Source of the DNA: a virus
Lineage: Duplodnaviria; Caudoviricetes
Reading direction: 5' to 3' (one strand)
DNA length: 64,000 bases
Virus record (IMG/VR): IMGVR_UViG_3300037067_022020
Coordinates: 1-64,000 of that record
Shown here: positions 28,879 through 38,016 of the stretch, in pieces
Position numbering within the stretch: position 1 is the first letter of the stretch
Layout of the letters: each line of letters opens with the position of its first letter
Notes under the pieces: model-generated
What the model was told of the DNA's origin: nothing
The model's database searches: none
Seen by the model: only the letters and a program-made list of their open reading frames with translations
Translations under genes and position numbers: made by a program

Positions 28879-29589
28879 ATGGATAAAACAAAGTTAACAA
28901 AATTTATTGATAAATATCATCTTGGTGGTAATGTCGAATCTATTAAAATAGAAATAAAAGACAACAGTTTAAAAACAGGATTTTCAACCGAAGATAGAAC
29001 TTTAATTGGAAAAGTAGTTGTTAAAGATTTTAAATTCGAAGATAGTGAATTTGGAATTTTTGCGACATCTGAATTATCAAAAATTTTAGGCGCATTGGAA
29101 TCTGAAATTTCGATGGGGATAAATAAGGTTGATGATAAACCAGTTAATTTAAAAATAGAAGATAGCATTTTAAAAACTATTTTTGTATTAGCCGACCCCG
29201 AAATTATATCTACAAAAGCAGGTTCAATAAAACAACTTCCAGAATTTGATGCTGAATTGAAAATTGATTCGACATTTATTACAACATATTTAAAATCATT
29301 CTCGGCTATTCAAGCTAATAATGTAGCTATTAAAGCAGATAATACTGATGTTACATTTATTATTGGATTTAGTGATATTAATACTAATAGAATTTCATTT
29401 AAATCTCCGGGAACTATCAAAAAAACATTTAGTCCAATTTCATTTAGTTCTGAATATTTTAAACAGATATTAGTAGCTAATAAAGATTGTTCAGCTGGAA
29501 AATTATCTATTAGTCAACAAGGATTATTGAAGTTTCAATTTAAAGAAGGAGATTTTAGTTCAGAATATTTTTTAGTTAAATTAGTTTAA
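28879..29589 (+). CDS. sliding clamp (gp45/PCNA-like)
   Basis: size, EFGIF...L, LADP.II, terminal SEYFLV; directly upstream of the clamp loader. Confidence 0.8.
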   Translation: MDKTKLTKFIDKYHLGGNVESIKIEIKDNSLKTGFSTEDRTLIGKVVVKDFKFEDSEFGIFATSELSKILGALESEISMGINKVDDKPVNLKIEDSILKTIFVLADPEIISTKAGSIKQLPEFDAELKIDSTFITTYLKSFSAIQANNVAIKADNTDVTFIIGFSDINTNRISFKSPGTIKKTFSPISFSSEYFKQILVANKDCSAGKLSISQQGLLKFQFKEGDFSSEYFLVKLV

Positions 29590-29590
29590 A

Positions 29591-30529
29591 ATGTTAAATC
29601 AAAGATCAGAAAATACATTGTGGGTAGAAAAATATCGTCCAACAACATTAAATGATTTTATCGGTAATGATACAGTTAAAGCAAAAATTAAATCATTTAT
29701 TGATGGTAATGATATAAATCATTTACTTTTTACCGGTCCAGCCGGAGTTGGGAAAACAACCTGCGCTAAAATTATCGTGAATTCATTAGAGTGTGATTAT
29801 ATTTATATTAATGCTTCCGATGAAAATTCTATTGATGTTCTGCGAAATAAAATTAAAAGCTTCGTAAGTTCAGTTGGGTTTAAAGATTTGAAAATAGTTA
29901 TTCTTGATGAAGCAGATGGGACAACAGTAAATTTTCAATCGGCACTTAGAAATTTGCAAGAAACATTTAGTAAACATTCTAGATTTATCTTAACTTGTAA
30001 TTATTTAGAAAAAATAATTGAGCCAATTAAGAGTAGATGTCAGTTATTTGAAATATTTCCTCCAAGTAAAGCACAAGTAGCGAAAAGATTATTAGAAATT
30101 TTGCAAAAAGAAAATGTAATTTTTACTAAGGAGGATATTGCATTTATAGTGAATGCTGAATATCCTGATATCAGAAAAATAATCAATAGTGCGCAGTTAT
30201 ATACTATTAATAATGAATTAAAAATAGATAAAAAAATAATTGTGGCACAAAATTATATGTTACAAATTATTGAACTACTAAAAAATAAAGGAAAAAAAGA
30301 ACAAATTTTTACTGATATTAGACAAATAATTGCAGATAATAAAACGAAATATTATGAATCATTATTTAAATTAATATTTGATTCAATTGATTTATTATCC
30401 GATGATTATGTCAAGCGAGCTGGGTTAATTTCAATTATTGCCGATGCTCAACTACATGATGCTACAATAATTAATAAAGAAATTAATGTAATGGCTATGT
30501 TTGTAAAAATAATTGAAATTCTTTTTTAA
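29591..30529 (+). CDS. clamp loader large subunit (gp44/RFC)
   Basis: LWVEKYRP, GPAGVGKTT, INASDE, ILDEAD, TCNY, SRC. Confidence 0.96.
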   Translation: MLNQRSENTLWVEKYRPTTLNDFIGNDTVKAKIKSFIDGNDINHLLFTGPAGVGKTTCAKIIVNSLECDYIYINASDENSIDVLRNKIKSFVSSVGFKDLKIVILDEADGTTVNFQSALRNLQETFSKHSRFILTCNYLEKIIEPIKSRCQLFEIFPPSKAQVAKRLLEILQKENVIFTKEDIAFIVNAEYPDIRKIINSAQLYTINNELKIDKKIIVAQNYMLQIIELLKNKGKKEQIFTDIRQIIADNKTKYYESLFKLIFDSIDLLSDDYVKRAGLISIIADAQLHDATIINKEINVMAMFVKIIEILF

Positions 30530-30546
30530 AAAAATAGTAATAATTA

Positions 30547-30999
30547 ATGATAAAAGAAAAATCTATTTCAATAATTGATTTTATTAAAAATATCACAATA
30601 AACAAAGTTCCATGGGAATCATATTCAGAGAATGATGTAAAAGCATGTTCTTCTTACATGATAACACAATGGATGTCAATGAACTATAATACAGTAGAAT
30701 TTGTTAATGAATTACAACGTTATTTGGGTATATTGGATAAAAGAGAATATTATAAATTATTTATGTATGCTTTTCCGAAAGTATCAATTTATATTCAATA
30801 TATAAAATCAAAATCTGAAAAAAAATATAATACTGAATTATTATCTTTACTTAGTAAATATTATGAAATTAGTAATTCTGAAGTAAGAGACTACTTAGAT
30901 ATTTTTTTAAAAAATGACGAAAATATTAAAGAATTAATTGCAATTATACGAAAATATGGAAAATCAGATAAAGAAATAAAAAAACTTTTAACAACTTAG
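30547..30999 (+). CDS. clamp loader small subunit (gp62-like)
   Basis: YMI.QWMSM....VE.VNELQ, YIK, YYEIS..E..DYL; follows the gp44-like gene. Confidence 0.75.
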   Translation: MIKEKSISIIDFIKNITINKVPWESYSENDVKACSSYMITQWMSMNYNTVEFVNELQRYLGILDKREYYKLFMYAFPKVSIYIQYIKSKSEKKYNTELLSLLSKYYEISNSEVRDYLDIFLKNDENIKELIAIIRKYGKSDKEIKKLLTT

Positions 31000-31008
31000 A
31001 ATAGATAT

Positions 31009-31791
31009 ATGAACAACAGATTTGAAAAATTAAATTTAAATAAAATTCAGCCAATTGTAGAAGTATGTGTATGTATCCAGGGAGAAGGTCAGAATGCGGG
31101 GATTCCTCATTTTTTGGTTCGCACATCGGGATGTAATTTAAATTGTCAATATTCTAATTCGATTTGTGATACTGCTTATGCATCATGGAATCCAGAAAAA
31201 GGAAGTAAAACTTATCAAGATATTATTGATATAATTAAATTAAATCCACAAATTAATCATGCATTTGTTACTGGTGGTGAACCAACCATTTATAAAGAAC
31301 TGCTTGTTGATATATTAACAATTTTTAAAAATTATAATATTGTAACTGCAATCGAATCAAATGGAAGTATATTCATTCCTGGATTAGAGGATTTATTGGA
31401 TTTAGTAACTATTTCCCCCAAATTAAAAAATTCAGTTCCCAAACTTGGAACATTTGCTAAAAGTAAATGGATAGATAAAATTGTAACTCAAATTGAAATT
31501 GATAAACATGAAAAGAATAGATCTAATTATGATCAAATGAAGTTATGGACTAATTATCATGATGTTCAATTTAAATTTGTTGTTAGTAGTAAATCAGATT
31601 TAGACGAAATAAAACAAATACAAAAGATATTAGATCTTCCACAGCATCTTATATACTTAATGCCTGAAGGAGATTTAAATGATAAACTTCAAGAAAAAAG
31701 AAAAATGGTTATTGAAATATGTATTAAAGAAGGATATAATTATTCTGATCGCCTACATATTTTAACTTATGGTGAAAAACGCGGTGTATAA
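31009..31791 (+). CDS. queE: 7-carboxy-7-deazaguanine synthase (radical SAM)
   Basis: IQGEG..AG.P...VR.SGCNLNC......CDT, TGGEP, ESNG, TISPKL, KFVV, LMPEG, RLH. Confidence 0.93.
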   Translation: MNNRFEKLNLNKIQPIVEVCVCIQGEGQNAGIPHFLVRTSGCNLNCQYSNSICDTAYASWNPEKGSKTYQDIIDIIKLNPQINHAFVTGGEPTIYKELLVDILTIFKNYNIVTAIESNGSIFIPGLEDLLDLVTISPKLKNSVPKLGTFAKSKWIDKIVTQIEIDKHEKNRSNYDQMKLWTNYHDVQFKFVVSSKSDLDEIKQIQKILDLPQHLIYLMPEGDLNDKLQEKRKMVIEICIKEGYNYSDRLHILTYGEKRGV

Positions 31792-31803
31792 AATTAAAAA
31801 AAA

Positions 31804-32076
31804 ATGGAAGAAGAATTTAAAGAAATAAAACAGGCTAAGGTAAAGTTTTATGAGAAATACATAGAACAATTTAAAAAAGTCGGATTGAAATTTAATGCAT
31901 TTATCACTATTAGACATGGTAGTTATGTCATATATGCATTAACAGAACAAACCACCGAAGATGCTAGATTATTTGCAAATAATTTATTGCCAAGAACATT
32001 TGAATATGATAATATTATCTATGATGTAATTATCGATTTTGGTAAATTTAATTGGATTAAAGATGATAAAAAATAA
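31804..32076 (+). CDS. hypothetical protein
   Basis: ORF in a co-oriented run. Confidence 0.5.
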   Translation: MEEEFKEIKQAKVKFYEKYIEQFKKVGLKFNAFITIRHGSYVIYALTEQTTEDARLFANNLLPRTFEYDNIIYDVIIDFGKFNWIKDDKK

Positions 32077-32329
32077 CCCCAAAATCCCACATTGTCAAAA
32101 AGTACAACTTGAATACAAAGCCAATTTAAATTTATTAAGAGAATTTTGCGCGGCCATAAAAGATGGTCAGCCCCCAGCTTATGAAGTCTTTATTTCTTGT
32201 ATGGAATTTATTTACCGAGAAGGATGGGGAGATTGTTTTTTATGGGATGGGCAAATTCCGGGTGAAATGACAAGAGAAGAATTCTTTAAAATTATCCCAA
32301 TTAAACGATATGGGCGAAATAAAAATTGA
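32063..32329 (+). CDS. hypothetical protein
   Basis: ATG at 32063 within ORF 32039..32329. Confidence 0.5.
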   Translation: MIKNNPKIPHCQKVQLEYKANLNLLREFCAAIKDGQPPAYEVFISCMEFIYREGWGDCFLWDGQIPGEMTREEFFKIIPIKRYGRNKN

Positions 32330-32359
32330 AATTATCAAAAATATTTTTTATATTATATC

Positions 32360-32533
32360 ATGAAAGAAGATATGCATCAAATAATGGAAAATGTGCGAAT
32401 TGCACTAGAAGATGCTAAAGAATATGGATTAGAAGTAGAAGTTATAACATGGGCGTTAAAATACTTAAAAGAAGATCCAACTATTTCAATTGATCAAGCA
32501 ATTAGTTATGGGTACTATGAATGGATTAAATAA
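32360..32533 (+). CDS. small hypothetical protein, 57 aa (not in ORF track)
   Basis: MKEDMHQIMENVRIALEDAKEYGLEVEVITWALKYLKEDPTISIDQAISYGYYEWIK*; directly after the promoter-like motif. Confidence 0.65.
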   Translation: MKEDMHQIMENVRIALEDAKEYGLEVEVITWALKYLKEDPTISIDQAISYGYYEWIK

Positions 32534-32540
32534 CAAAAAT

Positions 32541-32930
32541 ATGAATAATTTAATCTCTCTCACTGAAGAAAAAATCCTAATCCCTCGACGTACTCCGGAA
32601 GAACGACGGAAAAATTTCATAAAAGCTATCCAACAGAAGATTCAACAATACATCAAAAATGGCAGCAAAGGTGACCTTGATCTCAGCAACACTCCAATAA
32701 CATCACTTCCCGACAATTTAACAAGAGTCGGTGGGAGTCTGGATCTCAACAACACGCCAATAACATCTCTACCAGATAACTTAACAGTCGGCGGATGGTT
32801 GGATCTCTACAACACCAAAATAACATCACTACCAGATAACTTGACAGTCAACGGAGATCTAAGTCTTTACAACACCAAAATAACATCAATCCCAACTTCA
32901 GTAAAAATAAAAGGTAAAATATTAAAATAA
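32541..32930 (+). CDS. leucine-rich-repeat protein
   Basis: four 20-21-aa units of the form LDLxNTxITSLPDNLTVxG; ATG at 32541. Confidence 0.85.
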   Translation: MNNLISLTEEKILIPRRTPEERRKNFIKAIQQKIQQYIKNGSKGDLDLSNTPITSLPDNLTRVGGSLDLNNTPITSLPDNLTVGGWLDLYNTKITSLPDNLTVNGDLSLYNTKITSIPTSVKIKGKILK

Positions 32931-32950
32931 TTAAAAAAAACATATAAGCA

Positions 32951-33352
32951 ATGAAACAAATCACAAAACCATTAGAAGACAAAATTATTGTAAAAAGAAT
33001 TGAAAATCCTGAAGCAACAGCTAACGGTGTAATTTTACCAGATATTGCCCAAGAAAATGCAGTTATGGGTAAAGTTATTGCAGTTGGTCCTGGTCGTTTA
33101 ACTTTTGATGGGAAAAGAATTCCCAATGAATGTCATGTTGGAGATACAGTTTATTATCTTAAATTTGAAGCATATAAAATTGATGTGGATGGCGAAGAAG
33201 TAACAGTTGTTCGTGAAGCAAATGTTTTAGCTCGAAATTGTAATGACGATGAAGGAAAGTCCACTGATATTGAGAACCAACTAATAAACTTAATGTGTAA
33301 AGAATCTATTGGTGAGGAATCCATTGAGGACCCAATTTATCCAAATATTTAA
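32951..33352 (+). CDS. groES: co-chaperonin GroES with acidic C-terminal extension
   Basis: KPLEDKIIVK, TANGVILPD, GKVIAVGPGR, VGDTV, RE.NVLA. Confidence 0.92.
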   Translation: MKQITKPLEDKIIVKRIENPEATANGVILPDIAQENAVMGKVIAVGPGRLTFDGKRIPNECHVGDTVYYLKFEAYKIDVDGEEVTVVREANVLARNCNDDEGKSTDIENQLINLMCKESIGEESIEDPIYPNI

Positions 33353-33363
33353 TAAATTTTATA

Positions 33364-33795
33364 ATGAAAATCGCGTTTGATTTTGACGGAACGTTGGAGT
33401 TCTTAGAACTTCAAGAACTTGCAAGAGAATTAAAAGAACGAGGGCATGACGTACAAATTGTAACAACTCGTTATGATGAGGAGAATAAATGCAAATATCC
33501 TTTTTATAAAAACATGAAACAAAAACAACGCGATGAATTACATAATGATTTGTATGAGGTTGCAAAAAAATTAAATATTCCATATAATTTTACTAATTAT
33601 GTTCTTAAAGCTCAATTTTTAATCGATAATAATTTTGATATATTAATCGATGACAATTCAGAAGAAGGTGATTTATTAAATTCACTATCCAATAAAATAA
33701 AATTTTATGATTGTTATTATTCATTCGATAAAATGAAAAACGAATTATTAACACTAAATATAACAGATAAAAACAATGAAGAACAAACAAATTAA
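33364..33795 (+). CDS. HAD-superfamily hydrolase
   Basis: IAFDFDGTL, IVTTR, K, LIDDN. Confidence 0.85.
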   Translation: MKIAFDFDGTLEFLELQELARELKERGHDVQIVTTRYDEENKCKYPFYKNMKQKQRDELHNDLYEVAKKLNIPYNFTNYVLKAQFLIDNNFDILIDDNSEEGDLLNSLSNKIKFYDCYYSFDKMKNELLTLNITDKNNEEQTN

Positions 33796-35437
33796 ACTTA
33801 ACACTGAGGCTCGCTCCTCATTACTAAAAGGAATTGAAATCCTTTCAAAATCAGTTGGTATCACATTGGGACCAGCTGGTCGCAATGTAGTAATCGAAAC
33901 AGAATATGAAATGCCATATTCAACTAAAGATGGTGTTACAGTAGCTAAAGCAATTAAATTAAAAGATTCTTTTGAAAATACTGGAGCACAATTAGTAAAA
34001 GAAGCAGCAATCCAAACAAATGATTCTGTTGGCGACGGAACTACAACGGCAGTTATTCTTGCCCATGAAATTATTTCTGAAGGATTAAAGACGCTTACTA
34101 ATGGTGTTAATGCTATAGAATTAAAAAGAGGTATTGAAAAAGCAACAAAGTATGTAGTTTCAGAACTCGAAAAACAAAGTATTAATGTTACTAATAATAA
34201 AGAATTAAATCAAATTGCTACTATTTCAGCTAATGGTGATGAAGAAATTGGAAAAATAATTGCTGAAGCTATGGATGAAGTTGGGAAAGATGGTGTTATA
34301 ATGATCGAAGATGCTAAAACATCTGAAACAATTTTGGAAATTGTTGAAGGCATGCAATTTGATAGGGGATATCTTTCTCCTTATTTTATTAATAATAATC
34401 AAACTATGCAATGTGAATTAGAAAATCCATATATTCTAATTTATGATAGAAAACTCAATAATTTAAAAGGAATAACAAAAGTTTTGGATCAAATTATTAA
34501 AACTGATACTCCACTATTTGTTATTGCAGAAGATGTTGAAGGTGAAGCCTTAGCAGTATTAGTAGTAAATAAAGTTAGGGGAACGATGAAAGTTGCTGCA
34601 ACAAAAGCTCCAGAATTTGGTGATAGAAGAAAAGAAATTCTTGAAGATATTGCTGTATTAACTGGTGGGACTGTTATTTCAGCTGATAAAGGTCTTTCAT
34701 TAGAAAAACTTACTATTGATCAACTTGGACGAGCAAGAATGGTTACTATAACTGGAAAGAAAACAACTATTGTTGATGGCAAAGGAGATGAAAATAAAAT
34801 TCTTGACCGTGCCGAAGAAATTAAGAAACAGATTGAATTAGCTACATCTGATTATGATAAAGAAAAATATCAAGCAAGATTAGCAAGATTTTCTGGCGGA
34901 GTTGCTGTAATTCAAATTGGAGCAGAATCTGAATTAGAAATGAAAGATAAAAAATATAGAGCAGAAGATGCTCTTCATGCAGTCAGAGCCGCAGTTGAAA
35001 AAGGAATTCTTCCTGGTGGTGGTATTGTGTTAATGAATATATTTAATTATTTTGACGATAATAAAGAAATGATTCTTGAATATAATTCAATTCCTAAAAT
35101 TGAAAAAAGAGGTTTTGAAATACTTATGGAAGCAATTAAAGCTCCATTTAGGTTAATAATTGAAAATTCAGGAAAAAATGCTGAAGCTATTTTTGAAACT
35201 ATTAAATTTGAAAGGAAAATGCAAGATAGTCAAAATATTGGATTTGACGCCAAAAGATTAATCATATGTAATCTTATTAAAGAAGGAATTATTGATCCAA
35301 CTAAAGTAACTATTACAGCATTACAAAAAGCAGCAAGTGTAGCAGGAATGATTTTAACCACCGAATCAGTGATTTGTAACGAAGAAGAAAAAGAAAAACA
35401 ATTTATTCCACAGCAATATGAAAATCAGGGGTATTGA
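33776..35437 (+). CDS. groEL: chaperonin GroEL
   Basis: TLGPAGRNV, TKDGVTVA, GDGTTTA, GMQFDRGYLSPYF, GIIDPTKV. Confidence 0.98.
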   Translation: MKNKQIKLNTEARSSLLKGIEILSKSVGITLGPAGRNVVIETEYEMPYSTKDGVTVAKAIKLKDSFENTGAQLVKEAAIQTNDSVGDGTTTAVILAHEIISEGLKTLTNGVNAIELKRGIEKATKYVVSELEKQSINVTNNKELNQIATISANGDEEIGKIIAEAMDEVGKDGVIMIEDAKTSETILEIVEGMQFDRGYLSPYFINNNQTMQCELENPYILIYDRKLNNLKGITKVLDQIIKTDTPLFVIAEDVEGEALAVLVVNKVRGTMKVAATKAPEFGDRRKEILEDIAVLTGGTVISADKGLSLEKLTIDQLGRARMVTITGKKTTIVDGKGDENKILDRAEEIKKQIELATSDYDKEKYQARLARFSGGVAVIQIGAESELEMKDKKYRAEDALHAVRAAVEKGILPGGGIVLMNIFNYFDDNKEMILEYNSIPKIEKRGFEILMEAIKAPFRLIIENSGKNAEAIFETIKFERKMQDSQNIGFDAKRLIICNLIKEGIIDPTKVTITALQKAASVAGMILTTESVICNEEEKEKQFIPQQYENQGY

Positions 35438-35579
35438 AACTAAATATGGGATTAAGAAAAACGTTCCTCATAATAACAGAAAAGAATACGGAAGAAGATA
35501 TCGTATTCAAAGAATTAAATTTTATGATGACCTCGGAAGATTATATACCGAGAAGATAATATATCATGAAACAAATTAA
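35418..35579 (+). CDS. small basic protein, 53 aa (not in ORF track)
   Basis: MKIRGIETKYGIKKNVPHNNRKEYGRRYRIQRIKFYDDLGRLYTEKIIYHETN*. Confidence 0.4.
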   Translation: MKIRGIETKYGIKKNVPHNNRKEYGRRYRIQRIKFYDDLGRLYTEKIIYHETN

Positions 35580-35605
35580 GTTATTTCAAAAAAAATTATT
35601 ATATT

Positions 35606-35992
35606 ATGAAAAAAGAAAAGCGATTAGAGAAAGTTTATGAAATGAAAATAAATTCATTTTGTAACTTATTATTTTTTGAGTTAGTCACTATTAAAGAAAA
35701 AATAAAAAATGATTATGGTGTATTTAAACATAATAGGGCGATAAAAAGCGCGTTAAAACATATAAAAAAATGTCCAGATATTCCAGATTCTCCTGAATTT
35801 GTTTATTCTCGTGTGGCAAAGGTGTTTGATCGATATGATTGGTTAAATGAATTACCGCTTGATAGAATTTCTGAAAATTGTAAAAATCAAATTAGAGAAT
35901 TAATTTTAGTTGATATTAATGAACAACTCGAAGAACAAAAGAATCTTGTTTTACAAACAGAATTAAATGATCATATTTTAGAATCAAAATAA
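35606..35992 (+). CDS. hypothetical protein
   Basis: follows the promoter-like motif. Confidence 0.55.
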   Translation: MKKEKRLEKVYEMKINSFCNLLFFELVTIKEKIKNDYGVFKHNRAIKSALKHIKKCPDIPDSPEFVYSRVAKVFDRYDWLNELPLDRISENCKNQIRELILVDINEQLEEQKNLVLQTELNDHILESK

Positions 35993-36186
35993 TAACTCCC
36001 CCATCAAAATGAAACATAAAGAAAAAAAAATTACATTTAATGATTTAGCTGATGATCTAATGTTTGAAGTATTTCAAAAAATGACATTTAAAAATACTCT
36101 TACAGAAGAAGTAGCGATGAAAAAAATATTTAAAAAATATTTTAAAAAAGCAATTAAAATTAATAATCCTGATATAAACAAAGAAA

Positions 36187-36408
36187 ATGGATCCGACTCA
36201 ACAACGAATTAAAATAGATTTAAAAGACTCTGAACAAATAGTTTGTAAAGAATGTGGAAATAAAACATTTAAACAAGTTGTATTTTTACATAAGTTAAGT
36301 GCTTTGTTATCACCCTATGGGCAAGATTCTATCATACCTGTCGCAGTATTTCAATGTACTAAATGTGGTGCATTACCTGAAGAAACCCTACCCCAATTAG
36401 ATGAGTAA
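36187..36408 (+). CDS. zinc-ribbon protein
   Basis: CKECGN..F...S.L.SP.G...IIP..VF.CTKCG. Confidence 0.7.
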   Translation: MDPTQQRIKIDLKDSEQIVCKECGNKTFKQVVFLHKLSALLSPYGQDSIIPVAVFQCTKCGALPEETLPQLDE

Positions 36409-37324
36409 TAGAGATAATTCGATTTATAAAGAAGCTAATTCAAGAGGATTAAAAACTGTTTCATATAGCCAATTTAATTTATTTTCTTCATGTCCTTATT
36501 CTTGGTATAAACAATATGTTGAAAAAATAAGAATAGACAGTAAAGGAATAGATATGCTATTTGGTTCGGCATTTCATGATACTTTTCAAACTTATTTGCA
36601 AATATATTTTACAAAAACTATAAGAGAAGCAGACGCTTTAGATCTTAACAAAATTTTGAATGAAAATATGCTGAAAAGATTTAAAGAAATGGCGAAAGAT
36701 GGAGATACTTCTTTTACTACTAAAGATGAATTATCCAGTTACTTTCTTGATGGAGTAGATATATTAGCTTATTTGAAACGTAATAAACAAAAATATTTTG
36801 ATAAATCTAAATATGAATTAGTTGGAACCGAAGTTCCATTATTGGTACCAATAGATGAAGGAATTAATAAACTTGCCATAGTTTCATTTCTTGATGTAGT
36901 ATTAAAAGAAAAATCCGGTCCGAATCATTTGATAATTGATTTAAAAACATCATATATGGGCTGGAAGAAAAATAAAAAAAATGATTTTATAACAAAAAGT
37001 CAACTTTTATTTTATAAAAAATATTATGCGAAATTATTTAATATTTCAGAAAAAAATATTACAACAAAATTTTTTGTAGTTAAAAGAAAAGTGTTTATCA
37101 ATGAATCCATGACATTTAAACCAGGCAGAGTCCAGCAAATAGAACCTGCGTCTGGTACAACAACTATGAAAAAATTTGATGAGTTATTTGGTAAGTTCCT
37201 GAAAATTTTTGATGAAAATGGACAAATAAAATCCGGTTTAATTTTCAATAAAGCTTCATCAAAGAAAGCATGTACATATTGTAATTATAAAAATACAATT
37301 CATTGTGATAGAAAAAACAAATAA
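36401..37324 (+). CDS. PD-(D/E)XK exonuclease (RecB/Cas4-like)
   Basis: SYSQ....CP, FG.A.H, E, LDVV, IIDLKTS, QL.FY, C.YC......C. Confidence 0.88.
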   Translation: MSNRDNSIYKEANSRGLKTVSYSQFNLFSSCPYSWYKQYVEKIRIDSKGIDMLFGSAFHDTFQTYLQIYFTKTIREADALDLNKILNENMLKRFKEMAKDGDTSFTTKDELSSYFLDGVDILAYLKRNKQKYFDKSKYELVGTEVPLLVPIDEGINKLAIVSFLDVVLKEKSGPNHLIIDLKTSYMGWKKNKKNDFITKSQLLFYKKYYAKLFNISEKNITTKFFVVKRKVFINESMTFKPGRVQQIEPASGTTTMKKFDELFGKFLKIFDENGQIKSGLIFNKASSKKACTYCNYKNTIHCDRKNK

Positions 37325-37335
37325 AAAAAACAATT

Positions 37336-37587
37336 ATGAAAAAATTTAGAGAAATACCAAGAGAAGTCGAAGCAATTCAATTTAAAATTACTAATGATTC
37401 TGCTATGGATCCTTATGTAAATTTTTGGGATCATGAATTTGTTTTAAGAAAAGATCAGTTGGGATTTTACGTCCAGTTATCTCATAGAGTTAATAATTTG
37501 GATTGGGTCGTCAGATACCCCGATGATTTAGACTTTTATGTGTACTCCCCAGAAGAATTTGAGGAACGTTTCGAAGAAATTGAATAA
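37336..37587 (+). CDS. hypothetical phage protein
   Basis: KKFR..P.EVEAIQF...DWVV....FY...PE.FE..FE family pattern. Confidence 0.65.
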   Translation: MKKFREIPREVEAIQFKITNDSAMDPYVNFWDHEFVLRKDQLGFYVQLSHRVNNLDWVVRYPDDLDFYVYSPEEFEERFEEIE

Positions 37588-38016
37588 ATGAAATTTAGAA
37601 TTGGTATAACTGGATCAGACCAATATCCAACTAAAATCAAAATCAAAAATATTATCTTCAATTTAAAAAAACAATTTGGAGATGAATTAGTTATTTATTC
37701 TCGTGGATCATTGAAAGGAGTTGATTTATATGTTAAAAAATTTTCTATAGAATTTGGAATCGATTATGCTGAATTTACTCCCAGTTATCATTCAAAAACA
37801 TTATATTCAGTTAATAAAAATGAATATTATTATAACAAACCATATTCAGGAAGAGATATTTATAAAAGGAGTCTTCAAATGATAAAACAGTGTCATGCTT
37901 TTATATTATTTAAATATGAGGACGATAAAGTTATAGATTATATGATTACCCAAATAACTAAATCAAACAAAAAATTTAAATTAATTGAAAAACATGAAGC
38001 AATTAGAGTTAGGTGA
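37588..38016 (+). CDS. SLOG/YspA-like Rossmannoid protein
   Basis: IGITGS...G...GVD..V...E.G..Y.EF.P. Confidence 0.6.
   Translation: MKFRIGITGSDQYPTKIKIKNIIFNLKKQFGDELVIYSRGSLKGVDLYVKKFSIEFGIDYAEFTPSYHSKTLYSVNKNEYYYNKPYSGRDIYKRSLQMIKQCHAFILFKYEDDKVIDYMITQITKSNKKFKLIEKHEAIRVR

Noticed and set aside
20757-32890. Diversity-generating retroelement (orphan LRR fragment as template repeat)
   Set aside because: The match is only about 27 nt, differences are not confined to adenines, and no reverse transcriptase is in the window.
32670-32895. CRISPR array
   Set aside because: The repeats are in-frame 60-63-nt coding units with no unique spacers. The nuclease at 36401 is a stand-alone phage exonuclease.
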